Assembly (NCBI GenBank): GCA_002269645.1
Contig: NIVC01000460.1
Span: 434,001 to 498,000 of the forward strand
DNA: 64,000 bases
Origin: Macrostomum lignano
Lineage: Eukaryota
Direction of reading: 5' to 3'
The notes below the pieces were generated by a model. It ran no database searches. It was given only the letters and a program-made list of their open reading frames with translations, and was not told where the DNA came from. Within the stretch, counting starts at the first letter, position 1, and each line of letters starts with the position of its first letter. Of the stretch, positions 1-52,040 are shown one piece after another. The position numbers and the translations under genes are program-made.

Positions 1-1408
1 TTTCTATTGTATTATAGTACAACAGTGAGATGCCAGCCTGCAGACCATTTACTGTTTGGTCTGTCACTGGATTAGGGTAATAAATTAATATCCGGGAGAG
101 CTTCCGGTCCGCGGTACTCTATCTACTCGTAGCTGGTACCTTGAGCCTGGTGCAAACTTCACCTGTAGTTTCTACTGCTCATTGCTGCGCTATCTTAACC
201 TTATTTCTATTAAGGAATGCTCTTAGGAAAAAAATTGCCAGACTGAAAGTTGATTCTCCCCACTGGATTACCTTTGAGATTAGAATTGCACTCTGGCTTC
301 CCAGCTCATTGATATATTCTCCAGAGACGATGGGGCTGATAGTGCAAACAGGAGGCTGTTTGCCTCATCAAAAAAAACTAAACTAGAGAGGAGGCAGACA
401 AGGGGATGGGAAGAGCGAATGGCAAAGCAGTTGGGATCCCTTGGAGTTCTTCGATATCCTTGGGCGATTTCTGCTATTGGAGCAAAATTCTAAGAAAAAT
501 ATGCAGAACAAGCGGGAGCCAGACAGGCAGCTGGGACAGAGAGGGGATCAGTCTGAGTGGGGAGAAAAGAGTTGGGAAACTCTGTGGCAGCAGGGGCCAA
601 GACGGCATCAAGTTCCCGCAGTCTGCCGAATCTCGAAATTAAGATTCGAGTTGGGGGGATGTCAACGCGCATCTGGAGTTCGATGCCACGGGCCTACAAG
701 ATATTATTTCAAGCCCGCCTGAGATAGCTGCTCAGGGGTCGGCGAGGGAGCGCGCGTTTGCACTTTGGAGAATTAGAATGAAATGAACGATGGAGAGATA
801 GATAGAGAGTGAGGAGGGAAGTTGAGGCTTTAAGGCCGGGTTAGGGAGGTCGGGAATTGTCCGAGAGGAGAACTGAGACGGGTCGGGGGGGAGCCAGCGG
901 CTACCGAGGTCCCCGCGCGCTCGGAGTGATTGGCTTGGGCGACACGCTGCTTTCAGAATGGGACTTTGGGATTTCGCAGGAGGGTTGGGAGCAGGCCTCC
1001 AGAGCTCCTCGCAGTCTGCACTTCTCACCGCTGGATGCAGCCACGCGATTGGGCGCCCCCCGACTGTCTGTGGACTGGGCGGATTTGGCTCCAGGTCTCC
1101 TCGGTGCTCTCCATCCCTCGGCCACCCCAAGCCTCCTGCCCTTTCTTTCTCCGTCCACAGCCTGCATGGGCCAGCAGGGGCTGTTCGTCCGCAACCCCTC
1201 CGCTGTACTTAACTTTGCCCCTCCTGGGGTCTCCCGCCACGCGATGAACAACCAGAAAGAATTTTCTCTCGACACTGTCGCGAGACCCAACTAGAGGGAC
1301 AAGCGACACAGAATCTCTCGACACCAAGTCACTGGGATCGGCTGAAATGACAGCTGCGGGCGAGGCAGCGAGGCTGCCACCAGCTTGAACTCCTCCGCTA
1401 GCAGAAGC

Positions 1409-29246
<27,838 letters not shown>

Positions 29247-31882
29247 GGGGAGGGGAGCGATCTAGCCACCAGCCAATCAGAGCAGAGACTTCCAGCCTTT
29301 CTCTTAAGCGTTTTATTGATAGCCTATGTGGCACTCGCTAGCAGAGCAATGTGCGCAACTTGTTGCCAAGTGTAATAAAAAAAAGTTTACGAACACTCCA
29401 CCAAGGCATCCAAGAAAGATTCCTTCTCGCTCGCTTCGTCCCTTCCATCACCAACTGTACATATTTGAATTAGCGAGAGCAATAATGTGATTTTTTGCTA
29501 TTTTACTGTCTCAACTCACTCAAAATTTGCATGAACTTTGCGCAAACCTACAAACATGATAGCCGAAATTTGACTACTTCTGGTATTTATTTGTTTAAAC
29601 TGGTGCGAATAGCGGTGTTAGCTCGTATCGATTTGTAATTATAACAAAATGTTTACCGACCACAGCCATATTAATTTTACTTTCTATATAAAATATTGCT
29701 AATTGTTTAATACATTAATTTGCTAATTTTGCGTTGCAGAATACTGATTGCCTATTTTGTCAAAGCTGCATGAATATCACTTTTTATTCGCGATGCTTGA
29801 AGCTTTTATTTAATTTGCATTGCTTCTTTGCAGACGGATTTTTTACGAAATTATTTCGCTTTTCTCATCTTACGCAGCTCTCCTTATTCAGATCGGAGTT
29901 GACACTTTCGAGGGGGGCCTACGGGACAGACAGAAGGCAATTCTACTGTCTACAGTGCTATGCAATGACATTCGATAAGTCTATCTTCTTCTGTCTCTCT
30001 CTGGTCTCACGTTTCGTTGACAGTTCAGCTGAGTTTTTTTTAACAAATAAACATTCAGTAAGTCAACGACACTATTTTACTAATATATAGTGCAATTTTT
30101 TAACATTGTTTTCTTTCTTGATCTGAACTTTATCGAGATTTGAACTTTTTTATCAGTTTCTTTTTATCAAACAATCGAAAATTTCAGATTCGATCTACTA
30201 TTAACGAATTTCAAGAAGTTTGTCCTGTTCAATTCACAAAGCCGAAGTCTGAAATAAATTGGATGGAAGATACTGGAGAGGATGTTGCAAGCCAGAAAGT
30301 TGTAGTATAGTGTGTGTTCTGTTAAAAAGTGGTCAAACCTTACACCAAATACATGTAGCAAAGTGAGGATCGAGAGTGGCTGCCGTGCGATTCAGAGCAG
30401 CCTGACTCTGCCAACTGCAGCATTAGAACCAGAAGAAGTGACGTCATGGGCATGGCCTTGAGCATCGGCACAGCGCGTTGTTGGAAATCCGCGGTTGAAA
30501 ATCAGTTCCAAATTCCTTGACTTGACTCCCTTTGGGAAGTCAAAACCTCATTTTATGGCCCCAGAGTAATTGTCTATAACGTAAATCCTTCCTAAATCCC
30601 ATGCAGTATTCGTTCGTCTGAACCTTGGAAAGAAGCATCATGTCAAAAATAAAAGATTCATTGGGGAATTGCTAAGATGTCAAGGCTCATGGGAAATTTC
30701 TGACATCTTAAAGCTTACGAGTGGAATTGCTGAGATGTCAAGGCTGAGAGGTAAGAAGCTACATGAGAGTTAATTCAAAAATTTTATTCCATTCTTTGTT
30801 GCTTCCCCAACGAGTGTTGATGATTTGTGGTAACGAACTTAATTTTGATGTCTAAAGTGAGGAATGTACCTTTGATTTTCGGAGATAGGAGTGCGAAAAA
30901 CTATTAAATTTAATTTTTTAAGCTCCTGAAGAGATGGCACCTGAACCTGATCCAGGAGACGGAGCTGCTCTGCTCTGCTTCGCTGAAGTCGAAGAGCATC
31001 GGCATCGGAAGCTTAACACTGAGGTGAGAAGTTGACAAATTTGAATTCTGAGAGCTCTAACAGTTTCACAAGTTCGCCGAACGGCATTCCGAGGTCACTT
31101 GTGTGTGCTCAGGAGCCAGCGGAATTGCCCCAACGCCGGTTGTGGGACGATGTCGCTGAAGGCGTTGCGCCAGAATGTTCTCAAGCCTCCTCCTCTCAAG
31201 TTCTCAAACTGATAAGAATCAAATCTGATAAGAGTCAAAACTGATAAGAATTAAAATTAAGAAGAATCAAAATCGATAAGAATCAAAATAGATAAGAATT
31301 AAAATAGATAAGAATCACAATTGACATAAATCAAAATGGCATAAAAATCGCTCTTAATTGAAAGTAAAAGCTTCATCTACTTATAAAATTTAAAATATTC
31401 TTATAGATTTATTCTTGCAAAATAATATTTCGATGGTATTTCTATTACTAACAGTAGACAGACTGCACTAAAAACCACACACAAGGCTCAAGGATAAAAC
31501 AGTGAATCGATTGATCTGAACGGATTTGCAACAAAAAACGTGGATGGTCCTCAGAGAAGGTGCGATCGGACCGCCACGCATAAAAAAATATTTATAAATT
31601 CGCGACTTCGTTGTCCAAATAAATTGAAATATTGAAATATTTAACATAATTTCAATGCGTGACTACTGACTTCAACATCTTCCATGCGCGGTTACGTTAA
31701 TTTGGGGTTCTAGAAGAAAGTCAGGGCCGTTGTGCACCCCACGTGACTGCATCTGCGACCTCGTAGGTACGGAATGACCATGACTGCTTACCCTTGATAC
31801 AGTGCTCAAAGCCCTCCTGAGAACTAAAAAACCTGTTGGGTTCTAAAACCTGTTCGGTGAACTTCTGTCTGCACTTTGAACT

Positions 31883-40616
<8,734 letters not shown>

Positions 40617-40924
40617 GATAAAAAATATCGACTAAAAAGCCGCGTCCGAGTGTCGAGTCGGGTGTGCCTTTTCTCTGGCTAAGAGAGGCGAAAGCAGAAG
40701 ATTAGAGACAAGCGGCCAAGGCACTCGGTGATTGGCTGCAGTCTCGGTTGGCCTCCAAAATCCCCATTGCTATTTTGTTGCCTTTTTGCTTTCGGACAAA
40801 AATTGAGTATCTTCTTTAATAATAATGAGCAGCTGGCCAGAAGGCACTTTTTGGGAATTTAAACATTAGCCTCCTTAAACAAAGTACATTTTATTCTCGG
40901 TAGCAGATTTAGGACTTAGCCAGG

Positions 40925-41615
40925 TAGATTAGATGTTGGCTAGATTAGATTCCTTCATCAGTGATGCTGGCTAGATTAGCAATCCATTCTATTCCTTCAT
41001 CAGTGATGTTGGCTAGATTAGATTCCTGCATCAGTGATGCTGGCTAGATTAGCAATCCATTCTATTCGTTCATCAGTGATGTTGGCTAGATTAGCAATCC
41101 ATTCTATTCGTTCATCAGTGATGTTGACTAGATTAGCAATCCATTCTATTCGTTCATCAGTGATGTTGGCTAGATTAGCAATCCATTCTATTCCTTCATC
41201 AGTGATGTTGGCTAGATCAACAATCCATTCTATTCCTTCATCAGTGATGCTGGCTAGATTAGCAATCCATTCTATTCCTTCATCAGTGATGTTGGCTAGA
41301 TCAACAATCCATTCTATTCCTTTATCAGTGATGCTGGCTAGATTAGCAATCCATTCTATTCCTTCATCAGTGATGTTGGCTAGATTAGCAATCCATTCTA
41401 TTCCTTCATCAGTGATGTTGGCTAGATTAGCAATCCATTCTATTCCTTCATCAGTGATGTTGGCTAGATCAACAATCCATTCTATTGCTTCATCAGTGAT
41501 GCTGGCTAGATTAGCAATCCATTCTATTCCTTCATCAGTGATGCTGGCTAGATTAGCAATCCATTCTATTCGTTCATCAGTGATGCTGGCTAGATTAGCA
41601 ATCCATTCTATTCCT
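40925..41615. repeat. 42-bp satellite, block 1
   Basis: (gatgttggctagattagcaatccattctattccttcatcagt)n. Confidence 0.97.
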
Positions 41616-43019
41616 TCATACTCGTACAGTAATAAGTACTACACTGGTCGAATTCCTTAGCTTGAATTGCAATTGCGAATATTTTCATCAACAACCCGTG
41701 TCTTTCTATTGGCCTAGAATATTGTGCCGAGATGCTCATGCAGCTTCGTGTGCTGAATGAATAATTGATGCCCGGATGCCCGTTTGGCATCAAGGCTGTT
41801 TCCGTGATGGTAAATAAAATACATGCACTTTAGACAGCATTTTCGCCGCGGGGATTTACGTGGATGAGATTATCAGCGGGGATTTCATGGGATTTTCGGA
41901 GACAAGGTTCTTTTAAAGAGACGATTCTTTGTCAAAGAAAAAGACTCCACTTGCTTTGGCTTGGAGAATTGTCGTGCAACCGCGAGGGACAATTCCCAAG
42001 GCACAGAAAGTGTACATGCCAGACGATCAGATAGTCAGGACCCCTGTACCCCCCACGTAAGCGAGTTTGCCTGCAGCAGATTGCAACAGCAAATGAAAAA
42101 CTGCAAAGAAACACAAAACTGATCATTTAAATTTTAATCCCTCTATCCTTGTGAGCACAATTTCAACTATTTGTTAAGACATTTGTCATTGCTAAAGAGC
42201 GGTTAGCAACAAGAACTCGGATATATTTAATCACAATAATTTAGCCTCAGCAGCGAAGACAAAATAATAAAATATTTTTAATATAAGCACTCAGTGATAA
42301 AACGCAGACAAAATCGCTCTCCCTTACACCGTCAATGTTATGGAAACACACGTGCTACACTACATGTAAAGACATGAAGTACACTAAAATCAATGCTTCT
42401 ATAGTGGACATACAACAGTACTCGAAATTAGTTAAAATTCTGAAATCAAAACAGTCGGTAAAAGCAAAAACAGACCGAAATTTGGACCTACTGAAGCTAT
42501 CGAATAAAAACAAGCCAACAACGCGTTGATCGCTACTACTCTATGGCTGAAAGTATGAGTAGCAAATAGCGCAAAATTTCTCTAATTTTGTTCGCAGCAA
42601 AAATGCAACAAAAAAATTCTGCTCACTCAATTAGCACGTAAAATTTGAGAAAACGAAAAAATCACTAATAGAACTTTGACATTCGATGGCTGAGAAAGTA
42701 GAAATTTAAGAACAATTCGGTTAATTTTTCCCGCTTAGAAATGCACAACTACTCATCAATGAAGCGGAGCTTTGTTCGTCTGTCGATTATGGAAGACCTA
42801 AAAAAAGTCAAACTTAAAGGAAGAACAGCGGGATTAAAGATTGTGGGAAAGAAGACAATTCTGCTCATACAGCGTTAAGCCTATTTTTCAAAACAAATAC
42901 TCCAAATTCATGAAAAAGTGTCATTATTCCTGTGAATACAACGCAAGGGTCATAGCTTAGCTAGCATAGCTAGTTCAGACGCAATAGACTATTGGGGTAT
43001 AAGCATTTATAAACAGCTT

Positions 43020-45030
43020 GGGCTAGATTAGCAATCCACTCTACTCCTTCATCAGTGATGCTGGCTAGATTAGCAATCCATTCTACTCCTTCATCAGTGA
43101 TGTTGGCTAGATTAGCAATCCATTCTACTCCTTCATCATTGATGTTGGCTAGATTAGCAATCCATTCTACTCCTTCATCAGTGATGTTGGCTAGATTAGC
43201 AATCCATTCTATTCCTTCATCATTGATGTTGGCTAGATTAGCAATCCATTCTATTCCTTCATCAGTGATGTTGGCTAGATTAGCAATCCATTCTATTCCT
43301 TCATCAGTGATGTTGGCTAGATTAGCAATCCATTCTATTCCTTCATCAGTGATGCTGGCTAGATTAGCAATCCATTCTACTCCTTCATCAGTGATGTTGG
43401 CTAGATTAGCAATCCATTCTACTCCTTCATCATTGATGTTGGCTAGATTAGCAATCCATTCTACTCCTTCATCAGTGATGTTGGCTAGATTAGCAATCCA
43501 TTCTACTCCTTCATCATTGATGTTGGCTAGATTAGCAATCCATTCTACTCCTTCATCAGTGATGTTGGCTAGATTAGCAATCCATTCTATTCCTTCATCA
43601 TTGATGTTGGCTAGATTAGCAATCCATTCTATTCCTTCATCAGTGATGTTGGCTAGATTAGCAATCCATTCTATTCCTTCATCAGTGATGTTGGCTAGAT
43701 TAGCAATCCATTCTATTCCTTCATCAGTGATGTTGGCTAGATTAGCAATCCATTCTACTCCTTCATCAGTGATGTTGGCTAGATTAGCAATCCATTCTAT
43801 TCCTTCATCAGTGATGCTGGCTAGATTAGCAATCCATTCTACTCCTTCATCATTGATGTTGGCTATATTAGCAATCCATTCTACTCCTTCATCATTGATG
43901 TTGGCTAGATTAGCAATCCATTCTACTCCTTCATCAGTGATGTTGGCTAGATTAGCAATCCATTCTATTCCTTCATCAGTGATGTTGGCTAGATTAGCAA
44001 TCCATTCTACTCCTTCATCAGTGATGTTGGCTAGATTAGCAATCCATTCTACTCCTTCATCATTGATGTTGGCTAGATTAGCAATCCATTCTACTCCTTC
44101 ATCATTGATGTTGGCTAGATTAGCAATCCATTCTACTCCTTCATCAGTGATGTTGGCTAGATTAGCAATCCATTCTATTCCTTAATTATCAGTGATGTTG
44201 GCTAGATTAGCAATCCATTCTATTCCTTCATCAGTGATGCTGTCTAGATTAGCAATCCATTCTACTCCTTCATCATTGATGTTGGCTAGATTAGCAATCC
44301 ATTCTACTCCTTCATCAGTGATGTTGGCTAGATTAGCAATCCATTCTATTCCTTAATTATCAGTGATGTTGGCTAGATTAGCAATCCATTCTATTCCTTC
44401 ATCAGTGATGCTGTCTAGATTAGCAATCCATTCTACTCCTTCATCATTGATGTTGGCTAGATTAGCAATCCATTCTACTCCTTCATCAGTGATGTTGGCT
44501 AGATTAGCAATCCATTCTATTCCTTCATCAGTGATGTTGGCTAGATTAGCAATCCATTCTACTCCTTCATCAGTGATGTTGGCTAGATTAGCAATCCATT
44601 CTATTCCTTCATCAGTGATGTTGGCTAGATTAGCAATCCATTCTATTCCTTCATCAGTGATGCTGGCTAGATTAGCAATCCATTCTATTCCTTCATCAGT
44701 GATGTTGGCTAGATTAGCAATCCATTCTATTCCTTCATCAGTGATGTTGGCTAGATTAGCAATCCATTCTATTCCTTCATCAGTGATGCTGGCTAGATTA
44801 GCAATCCATTCTATTCCTTCATCAGTGATGTTGGCTAGATTAGCAATCCATTCTATTCCTTCATCAGTGATGTTGGCTAGATTAGCAATCCATTCTATTC
44901 CTTCATCAGTGATGCTGGCTAGATTAGCAATCCATTCTATTCCTTCATCAGTGATGTTGGCTAGATCAACAATCCATTCTATTCCTTCATCAGTGATGTT
45001 GGCTAGATTAGCAATCCATTCTATTCCTTC
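43020..45030. repeat. 42-bp satellite, block 2 (same unit as block 1)
   Basis: ~47 copies with tact/tatt and cagt/catt variants. Confidence 0.97.
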
Positions 45031-45489
45031 ACTAATTAAATCAATTTTTTAAACTGCTAAAAATGACATAAAAGTTCCAACCCTAGCCAGATAAATTGCA
45101 GTTATTTAAATGTAAAATAGATGGTTATAATCGAGTTATAGGAACAAGATAGTCATAGTCATAACAAGGCACAAAAACAAAACAAACGCACAGGTCACAC
45201 TTTTGCTAAAAAAATCACAAAGAGTTTATAGAAATAAAACGCGAATGAAACCCTAATTTTATAGAAATTTCTATGAAAAAAATTAGAAAAAAACTTATTA
45301 TATATACGATAAATAAATTTTGTTTAAATGAGACACAAACAGAAGTGGCAGTATAAGAATGATTAAACACGCGGTTTACGCGAGCACAGGTAAGTGTATA
45401 CCAGAGTATTTGTTAACACGAAAGTTCTACTGCCAAAAAATCACAAAATAATATAGCGACAAAATACTCGCTAAGCTCGCAGCAGCCCA

Positions 45490-48400
45490 CTATAAGTAGT
45501 ATGATACGATGTAGAGCGAAGCAAAGCCGATGAATAAGCAGAGCACCTGCAGCAGCGACTCTCTGGAGGCGGGGTAGGAGTGGCCACTATTAGCATGAGC
45601 TTGAGTATCAGCTGTTTTAAGCGAGCTTATCTCTACAACTAAATGTGCCTTTCAAACCGTAACGCGCAGCAAAGCTGTTCTCAACTATCTGAGGATCAGA
45701 GGGTGCCGGTGGCCCAGCAACTGAGGATCTAGGAGGCTGGCCCAGCAACTGAGGATCTGGGAGGCTGGCCCAGCAACTGGGGTTCTGGGAGGCTGGCCCA
45801 GCAACTGAGCATCTGGGAGGCTGGCCCAGCAACTGAGCATCTGGGAGGCTGGCTCAGCAACTGAGGATCTGGGAGGCTGGCCCAGCAACTGAGGATCTGG
45901 GAGGCTGGCCCAGCAACTGGGGATCTGGGAGGCTGGCCCAGCAACTGGGGATCTGGGAGGCTGGCCGCAGCAACTGGGGATCTGGGAGGCTGGCCGCAGC
46001 AACTGGGGATCTGGGAAGCTGCCGCAGCAACTGAGGATCTGGGAGGCTGGCCCAGCAACTGGGGATCTGGGAAGCTGCCGCAGCAACTGAGGATCTGGGA
46101 GGCTGGCCCAGCAACTGGGGATCTGGGAAGCTGACGCAGCAACTGGGGATCTGGGAAGCTGACGCAGCAACTGAGGATCTGGGAAGCTGCCGCAGCAACT
46201 GAGGATCTGGGAGGCTGGCCCAGCAACTGGGGATCTGGGAAGCTGACGCAGCAACTGGGGATCTGGGAAGCTGACGCAGCAACTGAGGATCTGGGAAGCT
46301 GACGCAGCAACTGAGGATCTGGGAGGCTGGCCCAGCAACTGGGGATCTCGGAGGTCGACCCAGCAACTGGGGATCTGGGAGAGTAGCTTAGACACTTAGA
46401 TATCCCAACTTGAAGCATGAGCACAGGCCAGCAAGCCAGCATACCTGGAGTCAGTCTCGGCCAGAATAGGCGGAGTCAAAGAGGCCAATGCCAGGTAGAG
46501 AAAGCCGCCAGAAGTGAACGGCAGCACAACTGACACAGAGACGGACACGGAGCTGCTTTGGCCCATTGTGAAAGCGAACAGGGCGCCAAACAGACTGCCG
46601 GATGCTGTGAGCAGCTGGGATGATGGAGGAGGTTTGGATAATGATAGCGTGAACACTTTTGTGTATTATCCTTAATTGAATTAAATAACCAATCTAAGCT
46701 CATATTGACTCATACGAGTGCTTTAATGAATCAAAAAAGAACATAGAGATCGTTTATTAAGACCTACAAGCTCACAAATTATGCTCTCGAACCTAAGCTC
46801 ATAACTATGGTTAGTTTAATTTTATCAGTCAATTTAGCGGGTTTCGACTTCTAAGAGAAATTAATTTCGAGATAGTCCACTCCACCATTTGCACGCCAGT
46901 GCTCTCAAGTTCGCTAGCAAAGCAAAACAACTCTGAAGCCAATGCTGGAGTGCGTTTTCAGTTTTAACCTGTAGGTGAGGTCTGCAGACCTGCTTTGACT
47001 GTCAGGTTTATCGACACGTCTAGATATTAAAATTGCTAAGTTTATACGACTAGTTAGGTTTAGACCAAGTCAAAATGTAGATCATGTTAGATTTAGATCA
47101 TGTCAGATGTAGATCATGTTAGATGTAGATCATGTTAGATGTAGATCATGTCAGATGTAGATCATGTCAGATGTAGATCATGTTAGATGTAGATCATGTC
47201 AGATGTAGATCATGTCAGATGTAGATCATGTTAGATGTAGATCATGTAAGATGTAGATCATGTTAGATGTAGATCATGTCAGATGTAGATCATGTTAGAT
47301 GTAGATCATGTCAGATGTAGATCATGTCAGATGTAGATCATGTCAGATGTAGATCATGTTAGATGTAGATCATGTAAGATGTAGATCATGTCAGATGTAG
47401 ATCATGTCAGATGTAGATCATGTCAGATGTAGATCATGTTAGATGTAGATCATGTCAGATGTAGATCATGTCAGATGTAGATCATGTTAGATGTAGATCA
47501 TGTTAGATGTAGATCATGTCAGATGTAGATCATGTCAGATGAAGATCATGTTAGATGTAGATCATGTTAGATGTAGATCATGTCAGATGTAGATCATGTA
47601 AGATGTAGATCATGTCAGATGTAGATCATGTTAGATGTAGATCATGTCAGATGTAGATCATGTTAGATGTAGATCATGTCAGATGTAGATCATGTCAGAT
47701 GTAGATCATGTCAAATGTACATCATGTCAGATGTAGATCATGTCAAATGTACATCATGTCAGATGTAGATCATGTTAGATGTAGATCATGTTAGATGTAG
47801 ATCATGTCAGATGTAGATCATGTTAGATGTAGATCATGTCAGATGTAGATCAAGTCAGATGTAGATCATGTTAGATGTAGATCATGTCAGATGTAGATCA
47901 TGTTAGATGTAGATCATGTCAGATGTAGATCATGTCAGATGTAGATCATGTTAGGTGTATATCATGTCAGGTGTATATCATGTCGGGTGTATATCATGTC
48001 AGGTGCATATCATGTTGGGTGTATATCATGTCAGGTGTATATAATGTCAGGTGTATATTATGTCAGATGTACATCATGTCGGATGTATATAATGTCAGCC
48101 GTCAGGGGTATATCACGTCAGGGGTATATCACGTCAGGGGTATATCACGTCAGGTCACGTCAGGGGTATATCACATCAGGTGTATATCATGTCAGGTTTA
48201 AAACACGCCAGTTGTCAGAAACTGGCATACCTGAGCCTTGGCAGCCCGCCATTTGTGAAAGCCGGCCCTTAGCAGGATGGCAAAGTCTGAAATCTCGTGC
48301 GGCACCTCGTGCACCAATATGCAGAATGTGGTGACCAGGCCCACCTGAAAATAATAGGGGCACGGAAATTTGATAAGCAATCCAATCAGTCAGTTGATGC

Positions 48401-51400
48401 ACAGAAGATGCAGGGTCTAAGCATGATTCCAATGAATGTATACAGCATACTGACTGATGATTGAATGGGCCTCCTTTATCGTTTGAATCACGCAAATTTT
48501 AACGAAGATTTACGATATTCCGATTACAATTTTTTCATGGATTAGACCTGATTTATCATGGATTAGGGAGTCTGTTTACTCTCTGTAACAAAATCCGCCT
48601 CTCCTCTGCTCAACATCTATTGCTGCTTTCAGAAGGAATTGAAGGATCTGGTAGATGGGGTCACTGAAGGATCTGGTAGATGGGGGTTCCCTGAAGGATC
48701 TGGTAGATGGGGGGTCACTGAAGGATCTGGTAGATGGGGGGTCACTGAAGGATCTGGTAGATGGGGGGTCACTGAAGGATCTGGTAGAAGGTGGTCACTG
48801 AAGGATCTGGTGGATGGGGGTCACTGAAGGATCTGGTAGATGGAGGGTCACTGAAGGATCTGGTAGAAGGTGGTCACTGAAGGATCTGGTGGATGGGGGT
48901 CACTGAAGGATCTGGTAGATGGGGGGTCACTGAAGGATCTGGTAGGTGGTCACTGAAGGATCTGGTAGATGGAGGGTCACTGAAGGATCTGGTAGATGGA
49001 GGGTCACTGAAGGATCTGGTAGATGGGGGTCACTGAAGGAGCTGGAAGATGGGGGTCACTGAGGGATCTGGTAGATGGGGGTCACTGAAGGATCTGGTAG
49101 ATGGGGCGTCACTGAAATATCTAGTAGATGGGAGTCAATGAAGGATCTGGTAGATGGGGGTCACTGAAGGATCTGGTAGATGGGGGTCACTGAAGGATCT
49201 GGTAGAAGGGGGTCACTGAAGGATCTGGTGGACGGGGGTCACTGAAGGATCTGGTGGATGGGGGTCACTAAAGGATCTGGTAGAAGGGGGTCACTGAAGG
49301 ATCTGGTAGAAGGCGGTCACTGAAGGATCTGGTAGAAGGGGGTCACTGAAAGATCTGGTGGATGGAGGGTCACTGAAGGATCTGGTAGAAGGGGGTCACT
49401 GAAGGATCTGGTAGAAGGGGGTCTCTGAAGGATCTGGTGGATGGGGGTCACTAAAGGATCTGGTAGAAGGGGGTCACTGAAGGATCTGGTAGAAGGGGGT
49501 CTCTGAAGGATCTGGTGGATGGGGGTCACTAAAGGATCTGGTAGAAGGGGGTCACTGAAGGATCTGGTAGAAGGCGGTCACTGAAGGATCTGGTAGAAGG
49601 GGGTCACTGAAAGATCTGGTGGATGGAGGGTCACTGAAGGATCTGGTAGATGGAGGGTCACTGAAGGATCTGGTAGATGGAGGGTCACAGAAGGATCTGG
49701 TAGATGGGGGATCACAGAAGGATCTGGTAGATGGGGGATCACTGAAGGATCTGGTAGATGGAGGGTCACTGAAGGATCTGGTAGATGGGGGTCACTGAAG
49801 GATCTGGTAGATGGGGGGTCACCGAAGGATCTGGTAGATGGGGGTCACTGAAGGATCTGGTAGATGGGCGTCACTGAAGGATCTGGTAGATGGGGGTCAC
49901 TGAAGGATCTGGTAGATGGGCGTCACTGAAGGATCTGGTAGATGGGGGTCACTGAAGGATCTGGTAGATGGGCGTCACTAAAGGATCTGGTAGAAGGTGG
50001 TCACTGAAGGATCTGGTAGATGGGGGTCACTGAAGGATCTGGTAGATGGAGGGTCACAGAAGGATCTGGTAGATGGAGGGTCACTGAAGGATCTGGTAGA
50101 TGGGGGTCACTGAAGGATCTGGTAGATGGAGGGTCACAGAAGGATCTGGTAGATGGAGGGTCACTGAAGGATCTGGTAGATGGAGGGTCACTAAAGGATC
50201 TGGTAGATAGTCCAACCAAATTGCTCACCTTCACGCTAACAGCATAGCTGGAGCCTACAGCCAGCCCGTGAGTCAAATTGTCCACAAAGTTGGCAAACAA
50301 ATTAAGATAGCCTTCAACCTGAATAGATAAAGAAAATTATTTAATTATTTTTGGTCAAAAGGGTAACTAAGAGTGACAGTTAAAAAACTCGCAAAGTCAC
50401 CTGCACAGCTGTTGCCGTTTCATCTTCACTGTCACTAGCGGGTGCCCCATTCACCTTGATACTGCTGCCTGAATCTGTGCAACCACCGCCCAGATCTGCA
50501 AATACTAACAGTTTCTCAATAATGAGAAATGACAGCACACCAACAATGGTCCACACGCCGACCCAGTTGACTACTGGGTGCTCTGCAGAGTCTGAAATTC
50601 ATAGGACAATTGTGTAATTTGGAGTCATTTATATTAATTGAAAAATGAAGGTGTTTTAAAATTGAGAAACTTCTTCACCAGAATATTTTGATAAGCTTGA
50701 AACTCCTTTGGTGGCATCTTCCCCCAATTCTGCCCATTTTGCTGACTCCTGAGCATATGCAAGCACGCACTCATACTCATGCTCACACAGGGTGTGCAGT
50801 GGCCATGACTTTCTAATCATAGGCATGTACCCTCATGGGTGGCCCTACGTTTGAGCATGGAGAGACTGAACAACAGAGCCACAGCTACAGAGGATGTACT
50901 TACTAGATTGAGCATAGGCCTCAGGTAGCAGGTGAAGAAACACATCGCCAAGCATTGATCCAATGCCAAAGCTGAGAAGGCGGTGCAGCTTTCTGCTTCC
51001 AGCTAAAATTGTTTAAAAAAGAAGTACAGTGGATTAAATTGTAGACTTATTATTTAGATCTAGACAGAGTACACAGACTGCTTCAGACCCTGCTTTTGTG
51101 GCAATCTTAAACTAGTTGGGTGACCCTTTCCACAGCTTGCTACTAGCCAAAAAGTTTTGGGATAAATGAATTTATTATGAGCATATATAGCTGGGACTTT
51201 TAGCATTACTTGGCTATTTTTACTAGTATACATTTGAATCACTATTGACTAAGCATAATTTAGTTTTTTTGATATTTAAATTTTGCCAATAAAAACTGCA
51301 AAGTGAATTATAAAATTGCATGTCTATGATCATAAACAAGACAATTTTATATGTCCATATACTTAACATATCTAAACTTTCAATTTTAAAATACAAATAT

Positions 51401-52040
51401 ATATCTGATAATATATTTTTACTTAGTCTTTTAAAATATTCAATACAATTGAGCATAAAACTTTTATGGCTAATATATATATATATATATATATAATGAA
51501 ACATTCTATAATGAAATATATACATACATATATATAATTTTTTAATAAGTTATAAATAATATAACATTTATGCATAACCTAAATTTTACTCTGCCAGTAT
51601 AATTTATTTTCTATAATGATGATAGAAAAAAAAAGCCTTTTGAAATATTATTTTAACACAATGTTTAATGAATGTTTAATGATATTATTGTTTTCTAAGT
51701 CATTGATATAAGTTATTCTAAACTTAATTAAAGCAATATTTTTGTAGATTTATTTAAACTATATGCATGCATAAATATTATAAACATTTGAATGATTATA
51801 TTTAAAATGTCTTCTTTATTTATAAAATTTAAATTTAGTTAAAAAAATTTAAATTTAGTTAAAAATTAAAAAAATTGTGATATATAAATAAAATATTCTC
51901 TTACCCTTTGACTGTAGATGTTCAGTAAGTTCTGTTGGAATAATCAATAGTGGAAAAATTCCACATAAACCAACAATTAAAGATGACACAATGGGAAAAA
52001 GAAGTATAGAAATCTGGGGTGCAAATAAAGTTGAAAGCAT
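45490..52040 (-). CDS. SLC39A13: ZIP-family (LIV-1 subfamily) zinc transporter, ZIP13-like
   Basis: Exons 52013(52040)-51905 ([17 protein letters not shown]), 51002-50904 ([22 protein letters not shown]), 50591-50401 ([17 protein letters not shown]), 50318-50229 ([20 protein letters not shown]), 48344-48231 ([18 protein letters not shown]), 46614-46445 ([13 protein letters not shown]), 45562-45490. Phases are consistent; the start codon is uncertain. Confidence 0.92.
45700..46385. repeat. 28-bp minisatellite (gggaggctggcccagcaactgaggatct)n
   Basis: Intronic in ZIP13. Confidence 0.95.
47075..48195. repeat. 16-bp minisatellite (atgtagatcatgtcag)n degrading into gtgtatatcatgtcag units
   Basis: Intronic in ZIP13. 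Confidence 0.95.
48635..50205. repeat. 24-26-bp minisatellite (ggtcactgaaggatctggtagatggg)n
   Basis: Intronic in ZIP13, ~60 copies. Confidence 0.96.

Noticed and set aside
141-1330. Short ORFs at the window start as genes or LINE remnants
   Set aside because: No recognisable domain or consistent splice pattern.
30607-31250. Small plus-strand gene from exon-like segments (30607-30760, 30922-31022, 31050-31250)
   Set aside because: Splice-like sites exist, but I could not build a consistent frame or recognise a family.
41034-45052. MLARLAIHSIPSSV repeat proteins
   Set aside because: Translations of the 42-bp satellite.
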